DNA of 56,754 nt. It comes from Lama guanicoe. Lineage: Eukaryota. This document shows, one piece after another, positions 22,919 to 35,446 of the stretch. The notes under the pieces were generated by a model. The model worked only from the letters and a program-made list of their open reading frames with translations, ran no database searches and was not told the origin of the DNA. Position 1 is the first letter of the stretch. The number at the start of each line of letters is the position of its first letter. Both the position numbers and the translations under genes were made by a program. The DNA is taken from NCBI GenBank assembly GCA_013239625.1, contig MU054391.1, positions 1,428,001 through 1,484,754 of the forward strand, read 5' to 3'.

Positions 22919-25900
22919 CTCTGGACGTCCCCAGGACCCCCGAGCCTCCGCATCTTCCAAGTGGATGCGGCGGGAGGACCTGATCTCCACGGTCCGCTGG
23001 CACCAAAGCCTCTCGATCTCGGTGCAGCCTGCTGGGAAAGGCGCTGGAGCAGCAGAGCCGTTCCTCACCTTGAGAGTGAGTGTCCTTTTCCAAACCCTCA
23101 GCCACACTGTTCCCAGAGCTCTCTTCAGACACGTGAGCCCAGTCTCCCCACCTGCACAAGCCTCCACTGTGAGGTTAGCTACAGTCGCGGGTATAAAGCC
23201 CGTGGCCTTGCGCCCGACACAGAGCTGAGCTAAGGCTCCTCACTGCAGACATCAAACCGAACAGCGGACCAGCGAGGCCACCTGTCATCGGACACGCAAC
23301 GGGAACCGGGGCAGGGAAGACTCCCAGGACAGGAGGCGGGGACAGAAGCGGGGTGAGGGCCCGGGGAAGGCCGGGCCGCCCAGGCTCACGTCGGCCGAGC
23401 CGCATCCCAGGGCCAAGGGGCAGGCGGAGGGCGCGAGGACCCGCGTCCGTACGAACCAAGTCGAAAGGCAGATTTGGCCTCCGTCTCTCTCGCCCTCTGG
23501 TCCAGCCCGCTCACCAAACCCCGCTGACTTCAGCCGTGGTTGACGGCATCCTCTCCGATACCAATCCGTGTCCGTCATTTAAGACTGTGCTCCGGGAATG
23601 AGCGTCCCACCGCACCTGTTCCCTCCGTGAAACCACACGGGTCGGGCAGCGGGACGCCCGCGTCTCAGTGCCACCCTCTTCCTCCTCCCTCTCTCCCTCA
23701 CTCTCCTCTTCCAGGCCATTCAGCCTCTCATCCTTTCTCTTTCATCACATATCTCTCCTTCTTTCCTTCTCCTTTGGCCGTTGCAAAGTTGAGAGCAAAT
23801 TAAGCACGCAATTTTAGCACCTTCCTCAAACCCTGAAGGATATTTTTACTCCTCATTCTTGGGATTATTAACGTACTATTCACTATTATTCACTTATTAC
23901 ACTGGTCACTACTTCACATGTGACCTGACACTGTAAGCCACCTTGCTTCCTTTTTGGAGTTAAACAAATATAAAGAAATAAGAGATTCATACTGACCACG
24001 AGACATCCCCTGGAAGCATTTAGAAATAAAGAGAGCGGGGAAGTCGTGCTGTGAAGTCCTTCCCCGAAAAGCTGCAGCTTTTAAAGTACTGCTGGTAACC
24101 TGGGGGTTCCACTCACACACGCTCTTGCGTCTTTCTCTATTAAGAAATTCTACGACCTTCTTGAAACAGAAGGGTTTGAAGCACCAAAACATGAAAGCTG
24201 ATAGAAGGCGTTACTATTTGATGGTGGTAACTACCGTTCAAGTGGGATAGAATTTAATCCTCCAGGGAGGCTTCGGGGCTGGCAGGCGCCCCTACGCCTC
24301 CCACGCCTCCTGCGCTGGCCACCGCATTGCACCCAGGGGCTCGGAGCTGCAACGGAGCGTGTTGACCGAAGGCCTTTGATGAGCTCCCGACACGCCGCAC
24401 GCCGCACCGCGCAGCAGAGCCAGACCGCCGAGGAACCGATCCCGAATCCTGGGGGCACGGAAACACCGCCGGAGGGGCCGGGTTTATTCTGTGCTTCTAA
24501 TTACTGCTTCACTCAGAAGGAGTGGCGGATGACGGTGAACATTTTCTCAAAGAAAAGCAAAATCTAATCAATGCAAATAACAGATAATTCTATGAAAAAG
24601 ATGTCTGAAATACCACGTCCCTCACAGAGCGCCACGGCACATGGACAAAGCCCTCTGTCCTCGGTGGCGGGGACGCCCCTCAGCGGGTGGGGGCAGGTGG
24701 CAGGGCACTGCCAGCTGCGACGCCTGTCAAACCACAAGGAAACTGACTCCTTCTGGACCACACAGACGTCATCCACTCTGCAGGGGCAGAAAGCAAACCC
24801 TCAACAAACGAAGCGTCTGGACCTTTGATGCTTCTCGTTAACTCTAGGGTCTCACCCACAGGAGAGGCCAGAGGCCCAGGCACTCTGTCGTCAGAGGGGC
24901 GGAGGCACAGAATGCAGGAGACGAAACCACAGCCTCGGGACAGTACTTGGAGCCCCCCCGAGCACGGAGGCCTGGTGTCAGTGCTTCCTCCCTGCGTCCA
25001 TCAACTCCACGGCCCAGGGCTGCTGCCACCAGCCTGGTCCACGGCCCGGGGCGCGCCGTCCGCACCGCGGCCTGTGTGCTTGCTCTCCCGGGCCCTGCAC
25101 GGCCTGCTTGGCACTGTCGGTGGCCCGGCACCACCAACCATGAAGACAACCCGCACTTGAATTAGCTCATCACCCCTTGGCTCCACGCGTACAGGACAGG
25201 GTGCAGGGCTGTGGGACCCACTTTCCCGCTGCAGGGGGTTTACAGCCGTGGGTTCTGAGCAGCGGGACGAGCGTAAGGCACAGCCGCGATGGCCCGGGGG
25301 AGGGGTCGGGCCGCCCTCCTTTGAAATACGAACTCTCTAAGCTTGAGGTTCTTTGTCTGCCAGACGAGAAAAACCAGGCTGCGAGCCTGCCAGAGCAGCC
25401 GGAAGGCGCGCGTGTGAAGCAGGCTGGCATAAGCCTCCGCACACAGTCGGCGCCACATAAACGCCTGCAGCTCTGCTGCTGTTACTATTGGCATTCGGTC
25501 CCGGCTGGACAGGTCAGCGAGGAGCACAGGGGCCCGGGAGGCAGAGCTTCAGGACACCCTGCAGGAGGAGGGGGTCCTGGCGAGCCTGGTGAAGGATTCT
25601 GCGTTCTCCTTTCGGGAGTGGGGACCGTGAGGGGTCTGCGCGGGGCATCTCCTGAGCTAGTCCCGAGCTTCGGCAGGGACCCTGCAGGGGCCGTGGATGG
25701 GGAGATGGGGAGGCACCCTGCAGGAGCTGACGGTGAGACATGGAGAGCTCCCCTACAAGGCCCGCAAGATGACCCCCTACCGGGGGCTCACAGTGATCAG
25801 GAAAGGGCGACCCACGAGACCATGCCGCTAAGCGCAGCAGGCGTTAGCACTGGCGCCATCCGGAGCCATGGGAACCAGCATGGTGACCATCAGTGCCCAG

Positions 25901-28900
25901 GGCTCCTGTGCCCTGGAAGGACAGATGGGACGTGGGCCAAGCCCCAAGGAGCCCCACCCAACAGGGGAACTGCTCCACCAACAGCCCCGAGAACCGACAG
26001 GAGTCCCGGCCAGGACGCAGGTGAGACGCCCAGAGCCAGGAGGAGGCAGGGCTGGGCTGCGGGGACCGTGAGGCCCGGGGACGCGGGTGGGCCAGGCGAG
26101 AGTCTGGGAGCAGGGAAAGGAGCGAGGAGGACGGGCTGGGGGGCCGGGAGGGGACACAGCGATGCCCTGGAGACGGGAAGGACAGGAGGGGCCGAGGGCG
26201 GAGGCCAGGCTGGGGCGGCCTCGGGGGGCTCGGCCGATGGGTGCGGGCTACGTGGGGTCACCACGCCCTTTGGCACGGCTCCCAGGCTTACGGGCACCAG
26301 AAACCCAGGGCCCAGACCCTCCCGCCTGCGGGTCAGCTACGGTCTCCACCAGGCGGCCCCTCAGGCTCACCCAGGACGCTGAACACAAACGAGGGCTGAC
26401 GCCCAGGTCCCACTCACTTACACACGGAGGTGTTTCTCGGCGGCTCCGTGCCCTGGCTTGCAAGCTCCACGAAGGCGGGGACCCGGTCCCCTTCCGTGCT
26501 GCAGCTCCAGGACCTCCAGTAGCACCTGGTACCTGACGGACGCCCCCAGCATTGCTGGGGCAGGTGAACCGGCCAGTGATGTTTTCCAGAAGCCTCTGCT
26601 CCTCGGAGCACTTTCCCCGAGGGGTAACCAACGTCCCAGGGTACCCTCTTGTCACCTGTGTCTGTAAGACGGAGGCACCGTCTCTACTGGCCCCAAGAAC
26701 AGCCCAGTCTGGACGGTGGTTCCTGAAGGCCGTCTGCTCAGACCCAGACGTCCCGGGAGTGGAGTTTCTGGGAGCAGCCGTTTGGTCGACGAACCTGGGG
26801 AGACTTCAAGCCGTTGTCAGTTCAGAATTAGACTGGGAGCCAGACAGATGTGGACGCAGCCCGCGGCATGTGGTGTGAGTCACACTCTAGAGTTTCCGTT
26901 CATTCACCTGGTGGGCAGAACTCAATTCCTTCCCTCATTTCATAAGTGAGGAGAGGGAGAACGTGGCTGAGGAAATCAGCATCCAGAGTCCATGACTGTA
27001 AGATTTAAATAGTGGCTCTCCTCCTGCCCCGGGAAGGCGCTCATGGTCCACCGCGCAGGGCAGGTCAGCTCCATGGCTGCCATGGGGCTGGAAGGGGCGG
27101 GGGCAGCTCCCAGCTTCTCCTGGATCAAGTCTGCATCGTGCCGCCTCCTTCCGGGAAGCGAATTTCTAGACTGAGCAGCGTGCTTGCCCTCCGCAGAAGG
27201 ATGGAACACAGCGTGGAGCTGAATCGCAGCGGCCTGGGGACGCTCCCCACCGCGGTCGTGGGCAGCCCTGCTCCTTCCCCCGACACAGCCAGGAGGGGCC
27301 CCTCGTTCAGCACAGATAACTGGCAAATCACGTCCTATGCAAATCACGTCCTAATTTCAAGCAATTAAAAGCTGAGTGACAGCCACACTGCAGTTAATCT
27401 GAAATGTTATTTTTTATAGAGTGCAAAACAACAAAAGCCTTGTGTCGAATAGAGGCACAAAGACCAGGGACATTCCCCCCACTGCTCAAAACAGGTGGGA
27501 CGTTTTGGGGTGGCTACACAGGCCTTCCAGTCAACGCCTCGTCCCAGTGAAATGGAGTCATTTCATTTCCTGTCTTCTGCCTGAAATAAATGCCAACAGA
27601 GGGGAAATGATGGGGCGGCCAGGAAGAAGGGGGGCGTCGGTGGGGCAGGGGGCCGACACCCTGGACAGAAAAGCAAGACCTAAAGCCTCGCAGACCAGCT
27701 TTAAAGCAGCATCACCGTCCCTTGCAGACAAAGGAGACAGGAGGGGAGAGAGTCCCCCAGGTCCCATACGGGACACGCGGCCGGAGCGAGGCTCTCGGGC
27801 AGGGGGAGCCCCCTCCCGGCCACGCCAGTGCCCCACGCGGCAGAGAACGGCCGGCCGGGGCACATCCTTTGTCAGCCAAGAATGACAATGGATTCAGGTC
27901 AGAGCGCAGAGGAGGCCGTGTGTGTCCTTGTCCAGACCGAGCAGGTGCATCTCGGGTGGCCCCGGGCGCAGGGCCACTCTTGTGGCCAGAAGAGAAGACA
28001 GATGTGGGCCCCCGAGCGCTCCATGGAGAGCGACTTCCTCCTGCCCGGGCTCCTCTGTCAAACCCCTTGCCCTGTAACTGCGGGTGGAAATGAAGCACTG
28101 AGGCCAGTGTCACTCGCTCACTCACAAAGGCTGCAGAGGACAAAGAGCCCTGGATGTCACTGCCTGCCCGGGAGTGCAATGACAGATGGCCCCCTGTGAC
28201 AGGCCGGTAATGCGAGCCCCAGCTCCCGGCCGCGAGGACAGGCCATCACCGAAGAATGAATCTGAGCGGGTGGCAAGGTAATCACTTTGGATTAAGGCCA
28301 CTTTTCCAGGGCCGGGAGGAACAAAGGCTATTTCCCGGAGCCCGCAGAAGACATACCAGTTGTTCAGGACGGGAGAGGCTTGCAGAGCAAGGCCAGGGGC
28401 CCCGAGCACGCTGGCCGGGGCGGGGAGGGCTGCCGGCGGCATGCCCTGCATGCTGTCCCCCCACCCCAGCAATCAGTCCTTCCCAGCCTCCCGCACTCAG
28501 GGCCCCCTCCTCTTCTGCGCAGGCTGGGCCCTGGCCAAGGCTGAGCACTCCGAGGAGCCCCACTCTGCCCAGAGCCGGAGCAGGGAGAGGAGGAGAAACA
28601 GAACTGTGCCCCCGGTGGCCTCAGGGCTCCTTGGGGCCAACACCCCTCCCCCCTCCCCCGCCTGGAGGTTTTCTGAAAGGACCATGCGCTTATCGCCAAA
28701 TAAGCAGTGGTCTCCGCTCAGGGCACAAGCCGCCCTCCCGAGCTGGGACTGGAGTGAGACTAGCCCCTGGTCCTGGGGACCCGATGTCCTGGGAGGGGGC
28801 AAACTCAGGCTGCCCGGACGCCCTTGGTTAACCCCCCGACCTCTGTGTGTTCTCGGCACAGCCCAGGCCTCCGGCAGCGGGTCTCCCAAGTTAGACGGAG

Positions 28901-29011
28901 CCCCCTCTCCCCAGGTGCCCTGACGGAGCCCAGAGTTTGCCCAGGGAAGGCCAGGCCCCCAGCAGAGGCTCGCGGAGCTGGCAGTTGTGGGGGGCAGGAA
29001 CATACTCTTAC

Positions 29012-29164
29012 AGGCCCAGACCTCTGGTAGAGCTGTTCTTCTGGAAAATTCTTCACGGTGGTCTCCTGTCCCGGCCTTTTACAGCCGGCACACGGACACC
29101 TGGCAGTGATCCCCGTGATGAGCGTCTGGCCTGTCTCCTTGTCTCCAGGCATCTCCCTGCTCCC
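29012..29164 (-). other. Candidate internal exon (153 nt, stop-free in phase 0-0)
   Basis: Acceptor cctctgtgtttacaag|G and donor CCT|gtaaga; translates GSREMPGDKETGQTLITGITARCPCAGCKRPGQETTVKNFPEEQLYQRSGP, unrecognised. Confidence 0.25.
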
Positions 29165-29229
29165 CTTGTAAACACAGAGGTCACACCAACCCCAGAGAGG
29201 GGGCCACAGTCAGGGGTGTGGGCCTGGGG

Positions 29230-29414
29230 GACACACACTCCTCTACACAGAACAGGTGAGCAACAAGGGCCTGCTGCGGAGCACGGGGAACTACACAGCA
29301 CCTGTAACAGCCGATGATGAAGAAGAATCCGAAACAGACCACGTGTGTGCACGTTAACGACTGACTCGCTGTGCTGCACACAACATCATAAACCAACTAT
29401 GGTTCAATTAAAAG
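29230..29414 (+). mobile_element. LINE-1 extreme 3' end (artiodactyl-type), 5'-truncated
   Basis: 'agcaacaagggcctgctgcggagcacggggaactacac..aacatcataaaccaactatggttcaattaaaa'. Confidence 0.8.
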
Positions 29415-30559
29415 CCACCACCACAAGCAAATGAGGTGATGGGTCTGCAGCTCCAACACGCATGTGGCAAACCAGCTCCAGGACCCCGTCTCCCTTTCTC
29501 TCCCGACCTGCCCCCTCCTCCCCCAAGACCCCCACCCAGAGAGGAGGAGCTGTGAATAAGGCAGGGCTTCTCCCCCAGGTAAATGATGTCCAGTCAATAT
29601 GCTGTCCCTAGTTCTCCCAGGTACCTCCTCTGGGTCAGGCTATCAGGAATCCTTTGTTGCTACAAGGTGTCGCTCCTGCGCTGGCCCAGACCCCAAGCCA
29701 TCACGCTAACGAGGCTCCTGCGCATGCCGCACGCCCCTGGGTGGCCAGGGCCTTCCCCAGAGCCACGAGGCCGTTCGGCCCCAGCACACTGGCCTGTGGA
29801 ATTGAGGGCCAAGGACTCAGTCCGGACCTCCTTCGGGCGCAGGTCCCTGAGACTCCTGGGACGGGGGGCAGGCAGCTCAGGCGCGAGAAGCAAGGGTTGT
29901 TTCAACTCACTTTTGTCAGATCCCCGGGTAATTCTGCAGGAGCCAGATCGGGGATGAAAACCCTCCGTTTGGGTATTTTTCTTGTTCATTTTTTTTATAC
30001 TCATAAACTCCACATATCTAAACAAACAAGAATCATTTATCAAGGTCAGCGTGTTAGGCACGTGACCACGTTATCAGGAACTTTAAGGTGTGGAAACAGA
30101 AATAAAAATGACTTCTTCGGGAGGAGACAGGGCCCGGGGCCTGTAAAGGAAGGGGATTTACTTTCTGCGCTTTGACTATCAAATTGTTTTTTTTAACTTT
30201 GAGCATGATTTACTTTTTCTTTAAAAAATTAAAGGAAAATTAAAATGAAAAGAATTGGATCTGCACGTCCATTGCTAGCTGTTATCCTCGGCGTGTCCTC
30301 AGAAATGTTCCCCAAATTATGTGTGGGAAAAGAAGGACAGTCACGGCAACTTCCTCTGAGGCAGCAAAACACTAAGACAACTGCAGTGTCCACAGAGGAC
30401 AGAGAAACAAGCCACGTCCACCCGGACGGGGACGTCGGCCGTCGCTAGAAGGGAGGGAAGCGGGAGGGCCTGGGTGGGAAAGCCGTCAGGATGTTCAATG
30501 TAAGAAAAAAGACAAGCGAGGCACGGAGCGTGCTGTAGGTTACATTTTTTTGATGAAAT

Positions 30560-31331
30560 ATTTTTAACATAAGGAAAGTTTTCTTCGGGAAAGAACCACA
30601 GGAAATCGGTCGGTTCTACGGTAGTCAGCAGCGCGTTTAGCTTTTTACCGGAACTGCTTCCCGGAGCGGCCGCCACATTTACATTCCCAGCAGGATGGCG
30701 GGACTCCTGGCCGGGGTCGGCGCTGTCAGCTTTTTATTTCGCACGTTGTGACAGGCGTGCAGTGAACCTCGCCGTGGGCTCACTCGCGTTCCTCAATGGC
30801 TGATGGGGCTGGACTTCCTCTCGTGAACTTGTTTGCTGTCCGCTCAGCCTCTTTGGTGAAATGTCTGCTCCTGGCTCTTGCCCACTTTCTAGGTGGACTG
30901 GTGGTGGTGGCGGCGGCGGCGGTGGTGGCTTTTTAAACTGCCGCGTCTACACTCCAGATGCAAGTCCTTTTCAGATAAGTGGTTTGCAAATATTTTCTTC
31001 CTGTCTGTCATTTTCATTTTCCTAAAAGGAAAATTTTTAATTTCGACAAAGTCTAGTTTATCCTTTTTTCCTTTATGGTTCATGCTTTTTGTGTCATCTA
31101 AAAACTCTTCACCTAGCCTTAGGTCCGGAAGTTTTCTAGTTTTGTCTAAAAATGTAATAGTCTTACATTTAAGATGGTGATCCATTTTGTGTTAACTTTT
31201 GCACTGTGGAGGTTTTGGTCAGATTTCCTTTTTTTCTTTACACACAGATGTCCGGCTGTCCTGTGGCCGCTTATTTAAAGGCTGTCCTCCCTGCACTGAG
31301 TCGCTTCTGCACCTTCGTCAAAAACCAGTTG
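30560..31331 (-). mobile_element. Old LINE-1 ORF2 fragment, antisense (host element, left part)
   Basis: Minus ORF 30889-31185 LGEEFLDDTKSMNHKGKKDKLDFVEIKNF..KKIFANHLSEKDL matches the L1 ORF2 C-terminal region. Confidence 0.9.
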
Positions 31332-33521
31332 CCACCGAAAACGGCAGCAGAGGGAAATCCCAAACCCCACCCCTCCACTAAAGCAATGATTAAACTGGCA
31401 AAACCAGGCAGGTTGACTAGTTTGGAATTCTGGAATCTAATCAAAACCTTACAACACCCAGGAGAAACGTCCTTCTTAATAAAGAAGTTGCTGACTTTCC
31501 ATAAGAGAGTGTTGTGATGTTTCACCTCACCTGCTTCCATCCCCCCTCCCCCAGCTCAGCAGGGCCGGGCAGGTGGCAGCCGTGTTGCTGGCGCACCGGC
31601 TGGTGTCAGCGAGGGCAGCGTGGGCATCGCTCTCAAGGAGCCGGGGCATTTCACCTTCCCGGTGGCTCCCTGAGGACTGACTCACGGGCTCGCCTTTGTT
31701 CCACTGCCTGGGGCCTCTCCTGGGGCGACCCAGCTCCCTGGGGCTATTTGTCTGAGTATTTAAAGGCTCACATAATACCTGCTTCTGCAGCCGCCTGCAG
31801 CAAGGGAGGAACGCCATGAAAGCAGCAGACACACCTTCCTTCCCGGAAGGAAGAGGCTGGGGGAGGAGACGGTCCGGGCAGTAGGGGCTGTGAAAAGCTC
31901 CTGCGTAAACCAGGGAAACCAGAAGCCCGCAAACAGACAGGGCTGGACACGCGCTCATAAAAACCCGAGAGGACCCTAAGCAGCGGCCCCGGCCTGGCAC
32001 GCAGGCTCTGTGAGGAGAGGAGCGGAGGCTCCGGCACAGCCGCAAGCGCCCTCACTGAGCGCCGGGGGGCGCTCCGACGAGAGCCCCCCGGCAGAGCCTG
32101 GGAGGGGTTTGGTTGGTGTGTTTTGGCTCCAGGCATTTGAGAACAAACGTCTCCGCCAAATTACTCACAGATCGCTAACACAATGGAACAGAGATTTACT
32201 TCTGTGACCACGCGTGACAAAGAATACAGTCTTCACAAAAACATCTAGGAAAAGTCACTGAATCAAACAGTGCAAAGAAGAGCAGCAATAAACCCTGGTG
32301 GGGGTGGGGGTGTCATTTCCAAAGCTGCCATCTTATAATATACTAAACTTCCAGTTTTCAAAAACAAAAAAAGCATGAATATTTTGCAAAGAAACAAGAA
32401 AGTACAGCCATTCACAGGAAAATCGGAAATTAACAGAAAAGGTTCCCTACAAGGCATCACAGTTACTGGACAAAGACTGTAAGTCCACTGTCTTCCATGA
32501 GTTAAGAGACCTAAATAAAACCACGGGCAAAGAGTTAAAGGAAACCAGAAAAGTGATGTCTTATCAAATCGAGACAATCAATAAAAATATATAAATTGTA
32601 AAAAGGAGTCAAACAGAAATTCTAATGGTAAAAAGTACAATAACCAATGTGCACATATGTACAGGCGGAAGAAAGACACAGCAAACTTGAAGACTGGTTA
32701 GTGGACATGATCCAGTCTGAGGAGTAGAAAGAAAAACAAATGAAAGAAAAGCAACAGTGCCTAAGAGATGAATGAGACGCCATCAAGCATTACCAACGTA
32801 CACACAAAGGGCACACGTGAAGACACGCTCAGCATCCAAACCACAGCAGGATACCACCGCACACCCACAAAGACGGGGCTGTAATCAAAAATACGGAAAA
32901 TCATTATTGGCAAGGAGTTGAATAAGTTGGAACGTTCACACATTGCTGGTTGTAAATGATGCCAAACTGTTCCACAAAAAGTAAAACACAGTATTTTCAT
33001 ATGACCAAGCAATTCAACTCCAAGGTACACACACAAAAGAATTAAAAACAAGTATTCAAACAAAAACTCCTCCAAGAATGTTTATAGCAACACTACTCAC
33101 AATAGTCAAAGGGTGGGAACAATCGAAATGTCAAACAGTAGACGAAGGAATAAACAGACTGTGGTATATCCGTAGAGTGGAACGTTATTCAGCTCTGAAA
33201 AGGAATAAAGTTCTGACATATGCTACAATGTGGGTGAACCTCAAAAACGCTGTGCTGTGTAGGAGGTCAGACATAAAGGCCACACACTGCATGATTCCAT
33301 TTACATAAAATATCTAGAATAGGTAAATCCATGGAGACAGAAAGCAAACTGATGGCTGCCAGGGGCCAGGGGGAAGAGGAAACGTTTATGTTGGGATGAT
33401 GAAATGTTTTGGAAACAGATGGAGGTGGATATTGCATTTTCAATGTACCTAATGCCATTGAATGGTCCACTTGAAAATGGTAACAATTTCTGTTACGCGA
33501 ATTTGACCTCAAAAGTAAAAT
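31332..33521 (+). mobile_element. Internally deleted LINE-1 (L1MB-like): 5' UTR and ORF1 start fused to ORF2 end and 3' UTR, flanked by a TSD
   Basis: ORF1-like A-rich segment at 32400-32810; ORF 33078-33308 MFIATLLTIVKGWEQSKCQTVDEGINRLWYIRRVERYSALKRN matches the L1 ORF2 C-terminus; TSD aaaaa(c/t)cagttg at 31320-31331 and 33522-33533. Confidence 0.88.
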
Positions 33522-33700
33522 AAAAATCAGTTGTGCGTGTTTCTGGGTCCACTTCTGACTTCTCTCATCTGTTTTATTGATCTGCATCTGCTCCTCTGCC
33601 AATACACACTGTCTTGATGACTACAGCTGTACAGAAAGAGCAACTCCTTCCTCTTGTTCTTGCTTTTCAAAATTGCTTTGGAAACACAATTTTGGGGGGA
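33522..33700 (-). mobile_element. Old LINE-1 ORF2 fragment, antisense (host element, right part)
   Basis: 'tctgggtccacttctgacttctctcatctgttttattgatct..gccaatacacactgtcttgatgactacagct' continues the L1 sequence broken at 31331. Confidence 0.85.
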
Positions 33701-35259
33701 CTGGGGGCACCTGCAGGAGGGGTGACTGGCTCTTCTCTCCCTCCTGGATGCTGGCTGAACCCCAGCCAGGCCAGCAGCACGAAGCACGGTGGAGAGGTCC
33801 CAGACAAGACGGCTGTCCCTGCGTGTACTGAGGGGTCGGCTCCTGTCCTGGAAGCCCTGACGATGTGAGTGTGGCTGGAGCAGCCCTGATGCCTCCCCGA
33901 CTCCAGCAATGACTAAGGACACTGACCACAGACCACAGAGCAGGTTCAGCCACGCGACACAACTTCCTGCCATTTTGTTCTCGGATCCCCCATTATCCGG
34001 AAAAGCAAGACTCGGGAGAAGAGGAGGACACGTGAAAGAAAGTCCCCTCCCTGCTGGAGAGCAGCCTGGGAGAGGGAGCTCTGCACCTAATGCTCTGGGG
34101 AGCAGCCTGGGAAAGGGTGCGAGTGGAGAACCCCCGGGGGCCACCTGGGGCCAGGGCCGTGTCCAGACAAGAGACAGCGGTGGCCTGGATGCGAGGAACA
34201 GCAGTGGGAGTTGTGCAGAGAGCTTAGGTCCGGAAAACACGCGAAGGTCACTAGCAATAGAGTCAAGAATCTTCAGCGCCCATCTTGAATTCTCGGTTTT
34301 CTAGAATGATGGACTTCCAGAGGAAGATGGACCCTGAGAGGTTTCTGGTCCAGCCCCAGGCCACGCCTGCTGCTCCCCGGGCATCATCAGTGAAGTCACG
34401 GTGATGGACAGCGCCTGTCTCTGCCGGGCCGAGACCCAGGCGCGAGGACCACGCACACACTCCAGTTATACTCAGCCCGCCCTGGGAAGCTCCTGCGGTT
34501 CCCCCTGCCCTGCAGGGGCCCAGAATCACCCCAAACATGAGGGGCCATGTGGCCCTCACGCCTGCTGTCAGCTGCCCCTGCCCGCAGTCCTCACTGCTCC
34601 CTGGATCCTCAAGGCCCCCTCCAACTCCTCTCAGCCGAGCCTGCCCCGCACTCACCAGCAATTTTCTGTCCAACCTTTAGGGCCTTTCAGCCAATGATCA
34701 ATACGGAAACCTTCTCGGTTTCAGCCAACGATCAATACGGCCTGGGATCAATAGCCTCGTTCACCCAACGGGACGAAAGGTTAATAGGAGTTTCCATGTC
34801 ACCCTTTCTCAGGGTATTTTCCTATTTCCTGCCTTTAAAACAAGAACGAGGCGTGGGAGGTGAGCAACGGGAGCTGAAGGCTGGCTCACGCAGAGGTGGG
34901 CTGGGGTGAGGCCGTCTGTCCAGCAATCCAGCCTCCATCGCGGACAGTGGGCAGGGAGGCCGGCCTCTCCCTGATCCGGCTGCCCGCCTGGTCTGCGCTG
35001 CCCGCGGGCTGCCGAGAAAGGCGCGCCGAGGTGGGTGGTGCCTGCCACGCGGGGGTCCTGCCAGCGGCCGCCCCTCCGTGCGCACGCGGCCCCAGCGCGC
35101 TGCCAGGCCAGCAGCGCGAGGGAGGCGCGCGCTCGGCCCTCAGGTGTTCCCAGGTCAGCCGCGGGCAGGGGCACCGTGCTTTCTTCATCAGCCAGAAGTT
35201 CCCAGCACAGACGCTGGACCGCGCTTGGGGGTTTCTGGGCTTTGCTGAGTTTTCCCGAC

Positions 35260-35446
35260 AGCGGCCTTGGCGGCAGTTCAGACGCAATGATTCCCTGTGC
35301 AGGGCCGTCCCTCACCCTGCAGGACACTTAGGCGCATCCCTGGCCTGTACCCACCTGATGCCAGCAGCACCCTCTGCAGCCATGACGACCAAAAACGTCT
35401 GCAGATGCCACCAAGGGACAAAATCGCCCCTGGTTGAGAACCACTG
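35260..35446 (-). mobile_element. MER20-like hAT-Charlie DNA transposon relic
   Basis: Reverse complement cagtggttctcaaccaggggcgattttgtccc..gacgtttttggtcgtcat..tgctgctggcatcaggtgggtacaggccagggatgc matches MER20 as recalled. Confidence 0.8.

Noticed and set aside
22877..23030. Terminal-exon-like peptide GCTEIERLWCQRTVEIRSSRRIHLEDAE..ESDAD*
   Set aside because: Looks protein-like but I cannot assign it to a gene, and its phase does not match the phase-0 donor at 29012; not called as CDS
25177..26382. 401-aa plus ORF
   Set aside because: Non-ATG start, GC-driven low-complexity composition, runs through a MIR/L2-like relic, no domain
33078..33308. ORFs similar to LINE-1 ORF2 (also 30889-31185, 39618-39935, 44586-44786)
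   Set aside because: Short open stretches in decayed L1 copies; no intact retrotransposon ORF in the window
34685..34740. Repeat-spacer-repeat resembling CRISPR
   Set aside because: Only two copies, a 12-bp spacer, mammalian context and no cas genes; the other arrays in the window have no unique spacers
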